DNA of 64,000 bases from an uncultured bacterium (GTDB lineage: Bacteria; Patescibacteriota; Minisyncoccia; Phycocordibacterales; CAWITU01): the NCBI GenBank assembly GCA_963839205.1, contig CAWITU010000002.1, positions 75,034 through 139,033 of the forward strand, written 5' to 3'. Below are positions 18,930-30,951 of this stretch, in pieces (the first letter of the stretch is position 1; each line of letters starts with the position of its first letter). The notes under the pieces are model-generated. The model was not told the origin of the DNA, searched no databases, and saw only the letters and a list, made by a program, of their open reading frames with translations. A program made the position numbers and the translations under genes.

Positions 18930-19640
18930 CTACTGGGTTTTTGTCGTTACAGGTTTTTCTATTGTCCACGAAACGTTTCCAGCAGAATCTTTTGATTCAA
19001 GGGTGTAGTAATAAGTGGTATTTGGATTCAAGGCATTTATCACAACATTTGCAGCTGTGGAAAGGCCGTTAGAACTTTGTACTGATGGAGCAGTTGCATA
19101 GAGAAACGGATACGAGTTCTCATACATTACCCGCGAATATGCTGGTTCGTTTGTACTCCAATTTAAGGTAACAGAATTGGTAGAAGGCACTACGGACACA
19201 GTTGATAGTTCGATTACTGGTGCGGCGGGGCCAGCATAGCTTCCACCGATAGCACTAGTCATGACTCCAATATTACTTCCTTCCAAGGCTGCGTTTATTG
19301 CAGCAAGCGTTATAGGGCCAACATTTCCAGTAGGTGAAATGTTATTCTTGGTCTGCCAAGCCATAACTGCTGCTTGAGTTAGAGATCCATAATAACCGGT
19401 AACAAGACCTTGCGGGTAAACTGTACTATCTTGTGCTAGAAATGTTTGCAGGGTTGAAACGTCGGTACCTGTAGAGCCAAGCCCAAGCTGGCTTGATATT
19501 AGTGTGGCTGCGTAGGTGGGGACCACCAGGGCCGACGCAAGTAGTGCGATCGGAATTATAGTGGAGACCTTTGCCCAAATGAGTCTAGTTTTCATAGTCG
19601 TTTTTAAATTAATAAATAAAGATGGATTTCGACTATCCAC
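18930..19640 (-). CDS. Secreted peptidoglycan-binding domain protein with Ig/FN3-like C-terminal domain
   Basis: Signal peptide. PG_binding_1-like 'LQTFLAQDSTVYPQGLVTGYYGSLTQAAVMAWQTKNNISPTGNVGPITLAAIN'. Confidence 0.55.
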   Translation of the reverse strand: MDSRNPSLFINLKTTMKTRLIWAKVSTIIPIALLASALVVPTYAATLISSQLGLGSTGTDVSTLQTFLAQDSTVYPQGLVTGYYGSLTQAAVMAWQTKNNISPTGNVGPITLAAINAALEGSNIGVMTSAIGGSYAGPAAPVIELSTVSVVPSTNSVTLNWSTNEPAYSRVMYENSYPFLYATAPSVQSSNGLSTAANVVINALNPNTTYYYTLESKDSAGNVSWTIEKPVTTKTQ

Positions 19641-19708
19641 GAAGTTACGACGAACAGGCTTGACTATTATTACTAAAACGTTGTTATAATTAAATGTAAT
19701 AGGTTTTA

Positions 19709-20245
19709 TTGGCTAACGTCATAACCATGCGGTCTAAAAGAGAAGCGCAATTTACTGTTGCTTTTAACGAACATGCAGATGCGCTTTTTAGGTACTGTCA
19801 TTTTAAGATCGCTGACAGGGAGACGGCTAAAGACGTACTCCAGCAGACATTTATGAAGACGTGGCTATATATGAGCGAAGGTAATGAAGTTACAAATATT
19901 AAATCTTTTCTATATAAAACAGCTGGTAATCTCATAATTGATTATTATCGTAAAAAGAAACCCTTATCTTTAGATATGTTAATGGAGGAAGGTTTTGATC
20001 GGGGTTTTGACGAAAGCAAAACCCTTCAAAATAAATTAGACGGCTCCACCGCCTTAAAACTCTTAAGGAAAGTTCCAGATGGTTACCGAGAAATTCTCTT
20101 TATGAGATATGTTCAAGAGCTTTCTTTGAAAGAGATTGCTGAAATTACTGGGGAAACTGAAAATAATATAGCAGTCAAAATCCATCGTGGTCTAATTAAA
20201 GTGAAGGAATTATTTTATAAAGCTGAAAATGAAAAAAATGATTGA
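19709..20245 (+). CDS. ECF-type sigma-70 family factor
   Basis: Region 2 'ALFRYCHFKIADRETAKDVLQQTFMKTW' and region 4 'LSLKEIAEITGETENNIAVKIHRGLIKVKEL'. Confidence 0.7.
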   Translation: MANVITMRSKREAQFTVAFNEHADALFRYCHFKIADRETAKDVLQQTFMKTWLYMSEGNEVTNIKSFLYKTAGNLIIDYYRKKKPLSLDMLMEEGFDRGFDESKTLQNKLDGSTALKLLRKVPDGYREILFMRYVQELSLKEIAEITGETENNIAVKIHRGLIKVKELFYKAENEKND

Positions 20246-20846
20246 AAAAATTGCAGAGTCTGCAAAACAAATCACTCTAAATGAGCATGAGAAGTCTGTT
20301 ATGTTTCAAAATCTAAAAATGTTTATAGAGGAAGATCAATTAAATTTCGTTGACTTTGAATCAAAAAGTAGGTACTCAATCTTTTCTGATTTTTCAAAAA
20401 TGCGAGTATTATCGATAACAGGAAATCCGAAGTTTGCTTTAAGTATTTTGTTTGTTTTGTTTGTTTTGTTTGTGTTTGGTGTCGGGTCTACGTTTGCAGC
20501 TCAAGATTCATTACCTGATAGTTTACTTTACCCTATTAAAATTGGCATAGATGAAAAGATTACATCTGCTTTTTCTATTGGACCAGTTTCAGATGCGGGA
20601 ACTCAATTTACTCAAGCAAATAATCGTTTGATGGAAAAAGATCGGCTTTCTCAAAATGGCTCGCTAACTAATAATGAAATAACAGAACTCAGTAATAATT
20701 TTAGTTATCATGTGGATCAAATCAAAAATGATATAGCTTTGCTTAAAAGAAGAGGAGATGTTGTCGGAGCTGGCTTTATCGAGGGGGAATTGAATAACTT
20801 GCTAAGTTCCAATAGTCTTTTAATTAAGATTTTAAATTCTAATTAA
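20229..20846 (+). CDS. Putative anti-sigma factor / membrane protein
   Basis: Overlaps the sigma gene by 17 nt. Single TM 'LSILFVLFVLFVFGVGSTFAA'. Contains a (TTTGTTT)n microsatellite at 20449-20480. Confidence 0.35.
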   Translation: MKKMIEKIAESAKQITLNEHEKSVMFQNLKMFIEEDQLNFVDFESKSRYSIFSDFSKMRVLSITGNPKFALSILFVLFVLFVFGVGSTFAAQDSLPDSLLYPIKIGIDEKITSAFSIGPVSDAGTQFTQANNRLMEKDRLSQNGSLTNNEITELSNNFSYHVDQIKNDIALLKRRGDVVGAGFIEGELNNLLSSNSLLIKILNSN

Positions 20847-20904
20847 TTTTATAGTTTCCAAAATTCTACTTGCAAATTATTTGCAGGTAGTGTAGAATGT
20901 TTGC

Positions 20905-21336
20905 ATGAGTAAAATAGATGAAGAAAGTATCGCAAATATAATACGAAAGGCTGGCTTTCGTGCCACAGATACTAGAGTTTCGTTGGTTTCCTTTCTTACA
21001 AAGACAAAATATCCATTAAGCATTCAAGAAATAATTAATGGATTAGGCAGAAAGGACGTCGATCAAGTAACTGTTTATAGGACCGTTAATTCTTTTAAGG
21101 ACAAAGGAGTAATCCGTGAGGTAAATCTTCAAGGAGATTTACCTCGTTATGAATTAAGCGATACTGAAAATGATCATCATCATATTGTCTGTACTAAATG
21201 TAACCAGCTCGAGGATTTTATAGGATGTGAAGCTCTTAAAATGGAGAAAAAAATTCTGAGCAAGTCGAAAAATTTTTCAAAAATAACAGGCCATTCATTT
21301 GATTTTTATGGCCTATGTAATAAATGTTTAAAATAA
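20905..21336 (+). CDS. zur: Fur-family metalloregulator (likely Zur)
   Basis: 'FRATDTRVSLVSFL', 'HHHIVCTKCNQLEDF' and C-terminal 'CNKC'. Precedes a ZnuABC-like operon. Confidence 0.7.
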   Translation: MSKIDEESIANIIRKAGFRATDTRVSLVSFLTKTKYPLSIQEIINGLGRKDVDQVTVYRTVNSFKDKGVIREVNLQGDLPRYELSDTENDHHHIVCTKCNQLEDFIGCEALKMEKKILSKSKNFSKITGHSFDFYGLCNKCLK

Positions 21337-21358
21337 TTAGTAATTTTTTAAATCAATT

Positions 21359-22288
21359 ATGAAATCAAAATCCATTGTAGCGATTGTTGTAGTCATTTTA
21401 TTAATTGTCGGAGGAATTTTTATATTCACCTCAAAAAGACCTGTTTCGTCTACACAAACTTCAAGTGGTAAAGTCATTCAAATTGTTGCAGCTGAAAATT
21501 TCTGGGGTAGCCTTGTTTCTCAAATCGGAGGGACGCATGTTCAGGTAACTAGTATTGTGTCTGATCCAAATGCAGATCCTCATGAATATGAAAGTAATAC
21601 AACTGATGCGCGTGCTGTAGCAAATGCTGATTATGTTATTGAGAACGGTGTGGGATACGATAGTTGGATGGATAATCTTCTATCAGCTGGGGCTAATTCA
21701 AATCGAAAGGTTTTAAATGTTGGAGTCTTGGTCGGGAAAAAAGAGGGAGACAACCCACATCTTTGGTATAACCCCGCATATGTAAATACTGCGATTGCAC
21801 AAATGGAAAGTGATCTTATTGCCATTGATCCAGCGGATACAGCATATTATCAAGAACAGTATGCTACTCTACAATCTAACCTCGCCGAATATCAAGGGCG
21901 TATCACTTCTATAAGACAGCAATATGGTGGAACACAAGTTGCGTCTACAGAATCTATTTTTGCCTACGTTGCTACTGCGGCTGGGCTAAATCTTGTCTCG
22001 CCACCCGAGTTCATTGATGCAGTCGCAGAGGGAAATGATCCACCAGCTTCTAGTATCGTTGAGTTCCAAAATCAGCTGAAAAGCGGTCAGATAAAAGTAT
22101 TAGTATACAATCAACAGACTGTCACCCCTCTTACTGAGAGTATAAAAAAACTTGCGGCTGATCAGGGAATCCCAGGTATCGGTGTTACTGAAACTATTCA
22201 ACCACCTGATGCAACATTCCAAGAATGGATGAATGCGGAGTTAATAACACTTCAGAATGCTCTTAATGCAAAAGCATTAGGGAATTAA
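21359..22288 (+). CDS. znuA: Metal (Zn/Mn) ABC transporter substrate-binding protein (TroA/ZnuA family)
   Basis: TM/signal at the N-terminus. 'IVAAENFWGSLVSQIGGTHVQVTSIVSDPNADPHEYE' is cluster-9 SBP. Confidence 0.75.
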   Translation: MKSKSIVAIVVVILLIVGGIFIFTSKRPVSSTQTSSGKVIQIVAAENFWGSLVSQIGGTHVQVTSIVSDPNADPHEYESNTTDARAVANADYVIENGVGYDSWMDNLLSAGANSNRKVLNVGVLVGKKEGDNPHLWYNPAYVNTAIAQMESDLIAIDPADTAYYQEQYATLQSNLAEYQGRITSIRQQYGGTQVASTESIFAYVATAAGLNLVSPPEFIDAVAEGNDPPASSIVEFQNQLKSGQIKVLVYNQQTVTPLTESIKKLAADQGIPGIGVTETIQPPDATFQEWMNAELITLQNALNAKALGN

Positions 22289-22291
22289 AAA

Positions 22292-23092
22292 ATGGAAAAT
22301 TATGAAATAATTATTGCTAAAGATCTTGCTGCTGGATATGGAAATTCCATTGTGTGGAATAATGCAAATTTCTCTATTCGTAAGGGTGAGTTTGTCGGCA
22401 TCTTGGGTCCAAATGGAGCAGGAAAATCAACTCTTTTTCGGCTTTTGCTTGGTCTTTTGCAACCGACTGTCGGTACTGTTTCTGTGTTTGGTGAAAAATC
22501 TAGACGAGGAGATCGAAGAATTGGTTATGTTCCACAACGTCATTCGGTTGATCCTGAAATGAACATAGAAGCACTTGAAATTGTCAGATTGGTTTCTTGC
22601 GGAGATCGATTTGGTTTTGATTTACCTTCGACGGCAAAGCGAGAGCGTGCAAAAGCTCTATCCGCACTTCGGGATGTTGGAGCAGAAAATCTTGCTCATC
22701 GTCCGCTCGGATCACTGTCTGGTGGAGAATTACAGCGGGTATTTTTAGCGCAGGCATTATCCGGTAATCCAGACCTCTTGCTCTTAGATGAACCCTTGGC
22801 AAATCTTGATATCCGTCGCGAGGGAGAAATGGTCCAACTTATAAAAAGAATAGTTGATAAGACTGGTGTGACAGTGCTTCTAATTGCCCACAATGTTAAT
22901 TCACTCTTACCAGTCTTGAGTCGAGTTATGTATTTAACAAATGGTCATATTGCAACTGGCCATCCTGGTGAGGTATTAAATTCAGAATCATTGTCGAAGT
23001 TATATGATGCGCCGATTGAAGTCCTCAGAGATTCACGAGGTCGCATTGCAATTATCGGCGCTGAGGAAGGGGCACACCACCACCATGAATAA
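22292..23092 (+). CDS. znuC: Metal ABC transporter ATP-binding protein
   Basis: Walker A 'GPNGAGKST', signature 'LSGGELQRV', Walker B 'LLLDEP'. C-terminal His-rich tail 'EGAHHHHE'. Confidence 0.85.
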   Translation: MENYEIIIAKDLAAGYGNSIVWNNANFSIRKGEFVGILGPNGAGKSTLFRLLLGLLQPTVGTVSVFGEKSRRGDRRIGYVPQRHSVDPEMNIEALEIVRLVSCGDRFGFDLPSTAKRERAKALSALRDVGAENLAHRPLGSLSGGELQRVFLAQALSGNPDLLLLDEPLANLDIRREGEMVQLIKRIVDKTGVTVLLIAHNVNSLLPVLSRVMYLTNGHIATGHPGEVLNSESLSKLYDAPIEVLRDSRGRIAIIGAEEGAHHHHE

Positions 23093-23918
23093 TCCAATCT
23101 TCAGTCTAAATATTGTCAGTGATTTTTTAGATATGTGGCAGTACACTTTCATGCAGCATGCCTTTGAGGCGGGTACGATTGTAGCAATCATTGCCGGAAT
23201 CATCGGATATTTTGTGGTACTTCGTCGATCATCATTCGCCGCCCACGGTCTGTCGCATATTGGTTTTACTGGTGCCGCGGGAGCAGTATTAATTGGTGTC
23301 AATCCTATTTTTGGACTATTTGCTTTTACGATGGGCGGAGCAATTATTATGGCAACGTTAGGAAAACGTGCTTTTAATCGAGATGTGCAAATTGGAGTAG
23401 TACTCTCATTTATGCTCGGTCTCGGAGTCCTTTTTATTAGCTTATACAAAGGTTATGCAACTGAAGCCTATTCAATTCTATTTGGTGAAATATTAGGAAT
23501 AAGTTCAAATGACGTCTGGGTAACCCTTATTACGGGAGTACTGGTCTTAATTGTTTTCTTCATACTATACCGATCTATCCTATTTACTTCTCTTGATGAA
23601 GAAGTCGCAGAGGCAAAAGGTATACCGATATTTATTATAGGCCTAGCATTCATGCTGCTTATCGCAGCTGCAACCTCGATTGCTGTGCAGGTTGTCGGGG
23701 TTTTATTGATATTCTCACTTATGGTGACGCCGGCCGCTATTGCTGAGCGACTTGCTCGCCGACCAGCACATGGGCTTATGATTTCTGTCTTAATTGCTCT
23801 ACTCTCGACTTGGTTTGGACTCTTCGTTGCCTTTTATCTGCCTTATCCGGTCAGTTTCTTTATTACAGCCACAACATTTGTCATATATATTATGGTAAGG
23901 CTGTGGAAGCAGCTTTAA
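23085..23918 (+). CDS. znuB: Metal ABC transporter permease
   Basis: ABC-3 family polytopic membrane protein. Start at 'MNNPIF' overlaps the znuC stop (atgaataa). Track ORF 23004 extends upstream in frame. Confidence 0.8.
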   Translation: MNNPIFSLNIVSDFLDMWQYTFMQHAFEAGTIVAIIAGIIGYFVVLRRSSFAAHGLSHIGFTGAAGAVLIGVNPIFGLFAFTMGGAIIMATLGKRAFNRDVQIGVVLSFMLGLGVLFISLYKGYATEAYSILFGEILGISSNDVWVTLITGVLVLIVFFILYRSILFTSLDEEVAEAKGIPIFIIGLAFMLLIAAATSIAVQVVGVLLIFSLMVTPAAIAERLARRPAHGLMISVLIALLSTWFGLFVAFYLPYPVSFFITATTFVIYIMVRLWKQL

Positions 23919-24298
23919 ATTGTTCCTGTGTTGTAGAGCAAAACTAAACCGACAATGAACACAACGACACCACCCACAGTTATTAGGTTATCTTTGCTTA
24001 CCATTCGATAGAATGAAGCAGCTGAATTAGGGAAGAATGTAAGAAAAACTCCCTTTAATAGAGCTAACCAACCTACAATTGTTACAAAAAGAACTAAACC
24101 TGAGCTCCATGCACTATTAAGGGAAAGAATAATAGCACCAGTAGCTAGTGCGCTTAACCCACATGCCCAAGTTGTTCCTTTATTTTGAGTCATATCAGAA
24201 ATAAAACTTAGAGCATTCTTTCTGTTGATAATCATTGAAAGACCAACTAACGTGAAAAGAGTTCCTAGTATTTGAGAGATGATTAAAGCATTAGTCAT
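23915..24298 (-). CDS. Hypothetical membrane protein (127 aa)
   Basis: 4 predicted TM helices. ORF only. Confidence 0.3.
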   Translation of the reverse strand: MTNALIISQILGTLFTLVGLSMIINRKNALSFISDMTQNKGTTWACGLSALATGAIILSLNSAWSSGLVLFVTIVGWLALLKGVFLTFFPNSAASFYRMVSKDNLITVGGVVVFIVGLVLLYNTGTI

Positions 24299-24371
24299 AT
24301 ATTTAATATTATTATTGATAGTAATTTAGAGAAACCGACCTTTCGTCTATTATACTCCATATGGATTATTA

Positions 24372-25520
24372 GTGAGAGGTATTTGGTATACTGTATTTAT
24401 GAGCGAAAGCTACACATTATATAGAAACATAATCATTCATGGCTTATATACTAGGCTCCTTAAGCCCATTTTCTTTCAAAGTGATCCAGAAATGGTTCAT
24501 GACCGTATGGCCTATTTGGGGTCAAAGCTTGGTTCTAACAAATTAACTCGAATGATCACTTCGGGTTTGTTTAATTTTAAGAACGAAAGTCTTTCTCAGG
24601 AAATTCTAGGAATCACATTCAAAAATCCAATTGGTCTTTCAGCCGGTTTTGATAAAAATGCCGAACTTACAGACATTCTGCCTTCGGTGGGCTTTGGTTT
24701 TGCAGAAGTCGGTTCTATTACCGGAGAAAAATGTGAGGGAAATCCTAAACCAAGACTTTGGCGTCTGCCAAAGTCGAAAAGTCTCTTAGTTTATTATGGA
24801 CTCAAAAATGATGGGTGTGTTTCAATAGCAAAAAAGCTTGAGAATAAAAAATTTTCCATCCCTGTTGGAATTTCGGTGGCAATGACGAATTGTAAGGAAA
24901 CCTCGGTAATTGAAAACGGTATTAATGATTTTGCTAAAGCTTTTAAAGTTATGGAGCCTTTGGCTTCATATATAACGGTTAATATCAGTTGCCCTAATAC
25001 TTTAGGAGGACAACCATTTATTGAACCAAATAATCTAGACAATCTTTTTAATACGTTAGATACGATCCAAACTGTTAAGCCAGTCTTTATCAAGTTGTCA
25101 CCAGATTTAAGTAATGAGGAAACTGACCAAATTCTTAATGTGGCTCACAAACATAGGATTCAGGGGATTATTTGTACAAATCTTTCAAAAAAACGAGATA
25201 ATCCTGAAATCGTCGATAGTCATGTTCCTGCAGTTGGTGGAATGAGTGGAAAGGTTGTTCAAGAAATGTCCGATGATTTAATTGCCTATATATATAAAAA
25301 AGAAGGTAAGAGATTTGTTATTGTTGGCTCCGGCGGAGTTTTCACCGCAGAAGATGCTTACAAAAAAATACGACTCGGTGCATCCTTAATTCAGTTGATT
25401 ACCGGGATGATATTTGAAGGTCCTCAGGTCATAAGTGAAATTAATCGTGGTTTAGTTGAACTTCTAAAAAAAGATGGATTTACTCATATAAGCCAAGCAA
25501 TAGGTGTAGATATCTGTTAG
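24372..25520 (+). CDS. pyrD: Dihydroorotate dehydrogenase (class 2, quinone-dependent)
   Basis: 'FKNPIGLSAGFDKNAE', 'GFGFAEVGSIT', 'KPRLWRLP', 'GVSVAMTNCK'. Confidence 0.8.
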   Translation: MRGIWYTVFMSESYTLYRNIIIHGLYTRLLKPIFFQSDPEMVHDRMAYLGSKLGSNKLTRMITSGLFNFKNESLSQEILGITFKNPIGLSAGFDKNAELTDILPSVGFGFAEVGSITGEKCEGNPKPRLWRLPKSKSLLVYYGLKNDGCVSIAKKLENKKFSIPVGISVAMTNCKETSVIENGINDFAKAFKVMEPLASYITVNISCPNTLGGQPFIEPNNLDNLFNTLDTIQTVKPVFIKLSPDLSNEETDQILNVAHKHRIQGIICTNLSKKRDNPEIVDSHVPAVGGMSGKVVQEMSDDLIAYIYKKEGKRFVIVGSGGVFTAEDAYKKIRLGASLIQLITGMIFEGPQVISEINRGLVELLKKDGFTHISQAIGVDIC

Positions 25521-25529
25521 AATATATTA

Positions 25530-26501
25530 ATGAGTAAAAAAATATTTGTAACTAGAAGAATTCCTGATATTGGTATTAAAATGCTTCAAGATAAGGGGTA
25601 CCAAGTGGATATATATCCAAAAGATGCAATTCTTCCTCAGAAGTATTTGATTAAAATTTTAAAAAAGGGTTCCTATGATGCAGTTCTGTCTCTTCTAACT
25701 GATAAGATTGATAACTTGGTTTTTGATGCTTCTCCAACTGTAAAATTATTCGCAAATTATGCCACTGGCTTTGATAATATAGACCTTGTCTCTGCTAAAG
25801 CACGAGGCATTACCATAACAAATGCGCCAGCACCATTAACTTCTGAAGCTGTTGCGGAACATACCATTGCTCTCATACTTTCACTTGCTGCTAGAATTGT
25901 TGAGGCGGATGAATTTGTTCGTAGAGGAAAATATACTGGTTGGGGTCCAATGGATTTTATTGGTACAGATATCTTAGGTAAAACGCTCGGACTTGTTGGA
26001 GCCGGCCGAATTGGAGAAAGGGTCGCCTACTATGCAAAAGGTTTAGGAATGACGATACTTTACTATGATGTAGCTAGAAATGAGAAAATTGAAAAAGAAT
26101 ATGGGGCTGTTTATTTTGATAATGTTGAAAAACTTTTACCGCAAGTTGATGTTGTGAGTCTTCATGTACCGCTTTTTGACTCGACAAGACATCTTATAAA
26201 TGAATCAAGACTACACATGATGAAGCCAACGAGTTTTTTGATTAATACTTCTCGGGGAGCAGTTATTGATGAATTGGCCTTGGAAAAAGTATTGAAAGAA
26301 AAAGTTATTAGTGCGGCAGCACTTGATGTTTTTGAGTTTGAACCAAAAATTACTAAAGGTTTATTAAAACTTCAAAATGTTATTCTTACACCCCATATTG
26401 GTTCAGCAAGTGTGGCAACTAGAAATCAGATGGCAGAGTTCGCTGCCCAAAATATTATTGATTTCTTTGAAGGTAGAACTCCTAAAAATATTGTTAATTA
26501 A
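25530..26501 (+). CDS. D-isomer-specific 2-hydroxyacid dehydrogenase (glyoxylate/hydroxypyruvate reductase-like)
   Basis: NAD-binding 'GLVGAGRIGERVAYYAKGLGM' and catalytic 'PHIGSAS'. Confidence 0.8.
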   Translation: MSKKIFVTRRIPDIGIKMLQDKGYQVDIYPKDAILPQKYLIKILKKGSYDAVLSLLTDKIDNLVFDASPTVKLFANYATGFDNIDLVSAKARGITITNAPAPLTSEAVAEHTIALILSLAARIVEADEFVRRGKYTGWGPMDFIGTDILGKTLGLVGAGRIGERVAYYAKGLGMTILYYDVARNEKIEKEYGAVYFDNVEKLLPQVDVVSLHVPLFDSTRHLINESRLHMMKPTSFLINTSRGAVIDELALEKVLKEKVISAAALDVFEFEPKITKGLLKLQNVILTPHIGSASVATRNQMAEFAAQNIIDFFEGRTPKNIVN

Positions 26502-26515
26502 TAAAAAGTAATTGT

Positions 26516-27317
26516 ATGCCAAATTCCAGAGCACAAATAATAGCAACTGTCGGTCCAGCGTCTTCTAGTAAGGAGGTACTTTCAAGTATGGTTTTTCATC
26601 AAATGGATGTAATTCGTTTTAATTTTTCATGGGGGAATCTTGAGGAAAGAATTAATCAATTAAAACCATTCGTGAAATTGAAAAAGAGTCTGGCCGTAAG
26701 ATAATAATATTTATTGATTTACCTGGTCCAAGAATTCAGGATAATGCATTACATACATATGACCATGGTGCCATTTCTGCAATAACTGAGAATGATAAAG
26801 AGTTTATAAAATTTGCAGCAGAACAAAAAGTTGATTATGTTGCGGTCTCATTTGTGGGAGGTCCAGAAGATATTGAAAATTGTCGAGAAATTATAAAAAG
26901 TTTTTCTGGTACTCAAAAAATAATTGCAAAGATTGAAAGGGCGATTGCCGTTGAAGCAATAGATGAATTATTAAGGTCACCGACGCGGTTATGGTTGCAC
27001 GAGGGGATTTGGGTAGTGAAGTCCCAATTGAAAAGATCCCTTTTATTCAGGCTGAAATAATTAAAAAATGCAATGACGCTGGAAAACCGGTTATCACTGC
27101 CACTCAAATGCTTATTTCAATGGTAAACTCGCCATCTCCAACTCGGGCTGAAGTGACCGATGTTGCAAACGCTATTATTCAGGGCTCAGATGCTGTGATG
27201 CTTTCTGATGAGACTACAACTGGTAAATATCCAATTGAAGCTGTAACTATCATGGAGAAAATAGTACTTGAAGCCGAGAAACACATGGATGGGTCAAAAA
27301 CGCTACATCTTTTGTAA
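26516..27317 (+). pseudogene. pyk: Pyruvate kinase, split into 3 frames by at least 2 frameshifts (pseudogene or indel errors)
   Basis: PK segments 'IIATVGPASSSKEVL...FNFSWG' (frame of 26516), 'REIEKESGRKIIIFIDLPGPRIQ...DYVAVSFV' (next frame) and '[45 protein letters not shown]' (frame of 26991). Frame switches near 26655 and 26970. Confidence 0.7.
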
Positions 27318-27326
27318 AATAAAATA

Positions 27327-28560
<1,234 letters not shown>

Positions 28561-28586
28561 TATTGAAAAGGAATTTTAAAGAAACT

Positions 28587-28626
28587 AAAAAGGGCGGGCC
28601 TTTGATGTCGCCGCCCTTTTAGTTTT
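28587..28626. terminator. Bidirectional intrinsic terminator (eno / nrdJ convergent)
   Basis: aaaagggcgg-gcctttgatgtc-gccgccctttt. Confidence 0.7.
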
Positions 28627-28637
28627 AGTACCTTTTG

Positions 28638-30951
28638 TTAAAGAGCAATTTCACAAACTCCCGCTACACAAGCTAATTCCTTCTTAATATCAAGTTCATC
28701 GGTCTTTTCATATGTAATTATTTTTGAATAATCAATATGTTCAAGTCTTTTAGCTAGTTCGTTGTATCTCTTTTCATCAATTGGTTCGTACGGAGCTAAT
28801 TGGTAGACGTGATTGTCTCGAGGTAGGAATGAAAGGCCACCGACAATATCCCAGTTTTCATAAATCCAATTAGCGACAGTAATCCATTCATTTTCACCAA
28901 CAGAAATTGTTACAGAAGGATTGTGTTCGGTGTAATTAGTTTTTACTAATTTCCAATGCTCAAGTTGATCAATTGCAGTGATATCGTTTTTATAGAGTGA
29001 TCCAGCAGGAGATTTAACTGGGAATTCAAGAACATAAGTAGTTACATTATCACTTGATTGACCAACTTCTGGGAAGTAAGGAACACCCTGGTCTCTAAGC
29101 ATTTTGAATAGAGAATCAGTTGCTGAAATTCTAACTCTTCTAATATAGAAAGGAGCGTGACGAGGATGCATACCAGATGAACAGTCAACGGTCTGCGAAA
29201 GTGTGCCAGATGGTTTTACTGCTGTTGTACAAGTTGAAGGATTAATACCGAGTTTCTTTGCATAAATTTGGTTAACTCTGATAACTTCTTTTTTTAGTCT
29301 TTGAAGTACACCAGCATTTCTGACTAGCGGACAATCCCATTGACCGGTAATTGAAACACCAAGGAGTGCCTCCTTCTGACAATTTTCTTTCCATTGTTTT
29401 GAAAGATAAGGGAAGTTAGTTAAGCTCGCTTGATATGTTCCAAGGATAGTTGCGAGGCGGATTTTTTCCATAAGAGTTTTTTCGGCATCTTCCTTTCTGG
29501 CAACCACTTCAGACAAGTTACAAAATTGTTTTGATTGTAGAATAATTTCTCCGCAAGGATTGGTGCCGATAGATCCAACAATATTTTCCCCAGTTGGATC
29601 AAAGTAACCTTTATGTTCTTTCAGGACTTTAATGCGTCTCTCTGGAAGAGTTTTTGCAAGTGAACCTCTATTGAAGATCCCTCCTTCTCCAGAACCTGAT
29701 TTCATGAGGGCGATCCATTCTTCAAGAAATTCAGCATTTGTTGGCTTTTGGTTATAAACAGCTGAATCGTTCGCAAACATTCTTTGAGGTTCTGTAAGGT
29801 AGAAAGCGCCCTTTTTGGCGTCTCGAATCTCGGTATCATCAAAGTCTGAAAGTGAAATCATAGCGCTTCTTCTGACTCCTCCCGAGACAACACAGTCTCC
29901 AATCATACAAATAATGTCATGGACATCGATATTTCTAAGTCTACGTCCTTGTCGTGCAAGCATCTTTTCTCGTGTAAAAGAAAGAAGTCGGCGAAGTGGT
30001 TCTGGGCCAGAAGCTTTTCCTCCCATAGTTTTAAGTCTTGTTCCAGCAGGGCGTAACCCAGAGAAATCAAATTCAATATCATCTCCATTTGCCCATGCAG
30101 TCATACCAATTGTCAGAGAGTCTGCCCAACCTTCTTTACTATCAGGAATAACATGAGTTGGTAATTTTGTTCCCGTCTGAATTCAATCTGCGGAAATATT
30201 TAAACGTTTTGACTTTCTGTTGACCAACCTGCGGCGGGCCCGCGCATTCAAACATACATAATCTAAGCAAGATCTTGAAAACTCTCTGGTGCGATGTACG
30301 AACAATTGTATGCACAGACACTAGTTTTATTTGCAGCACCTCCAGCAAATTGTAAAAGTCTCATCGAAGGCATCGCTTTGTGATTGAAAATTCCTTCTCG
30401 AAGTTCCTTATATTCTAATTCTTTAATTTTGTTTCCGACATTTTGTTTCATGAAGGAAATATAGCAATCAACCGTATCAATCGAAGTCTCTCGTCTGTCT
30501 TCTTAGCAATCCATCTTGAGTAACTACGATAGTAAACAAATTCTCCGAGTGAATTTCTAAAATATTTTTTACTGTCCTCTGCTAATTTCTTAACCTTAGC
30601 AGGAACTTGAAGACCCTTTTCTCTAAGTTTGGCGCGCTTCTCTCTATATAGTATGTAAGTTTTGGAAGTTTTAACGTATTCGCTCAAAATAAGTTCCTTT
30701 TCTACCGTATCCTGTATTCCTTCAACCGTTGGAACTAAATTTTTATATTTTCTAGTGATGCGAAGTGCGTCAGCATAAACTTTATTTGCTACAAGCTCCG
30801 CTTCTTTGATGGATCCTTCATTAGCGGCAATCATCGCTTTACGAATTGCATTGATAACCTTCTGCATATCAAAAGGAACGATTGTCCCATCTCTTTTTAG
30901 AATGTTCTTAACGACCGTAACGCTTGGGGCAATCTTCTTTTTTGATGGCAT
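28638..30951 (-). pseudogene. nrdJ: Class II (adenosylcobalamin-dependent) ribonucleotide reductase, frameshifted in its middle
   Basis: N-terminal ATP-cone ORF 30448-30951 ('KRDGTIVPFDMQKVINAIRKA'). C-terminal ORF 28638-30104 has 'FDFSGLRPAGTRLKTMGGKASGPEPL' and active site 'GTNPCGEIIL'. Between 30104 and 30460 the reading frame changes at least 3 times ('AMPSMRLLQFAGGAANKTSVCAYNCSYIAPESFQDLA' and 'VIPDSKEGWADSL' are in different frames). Confidence 0.7.
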
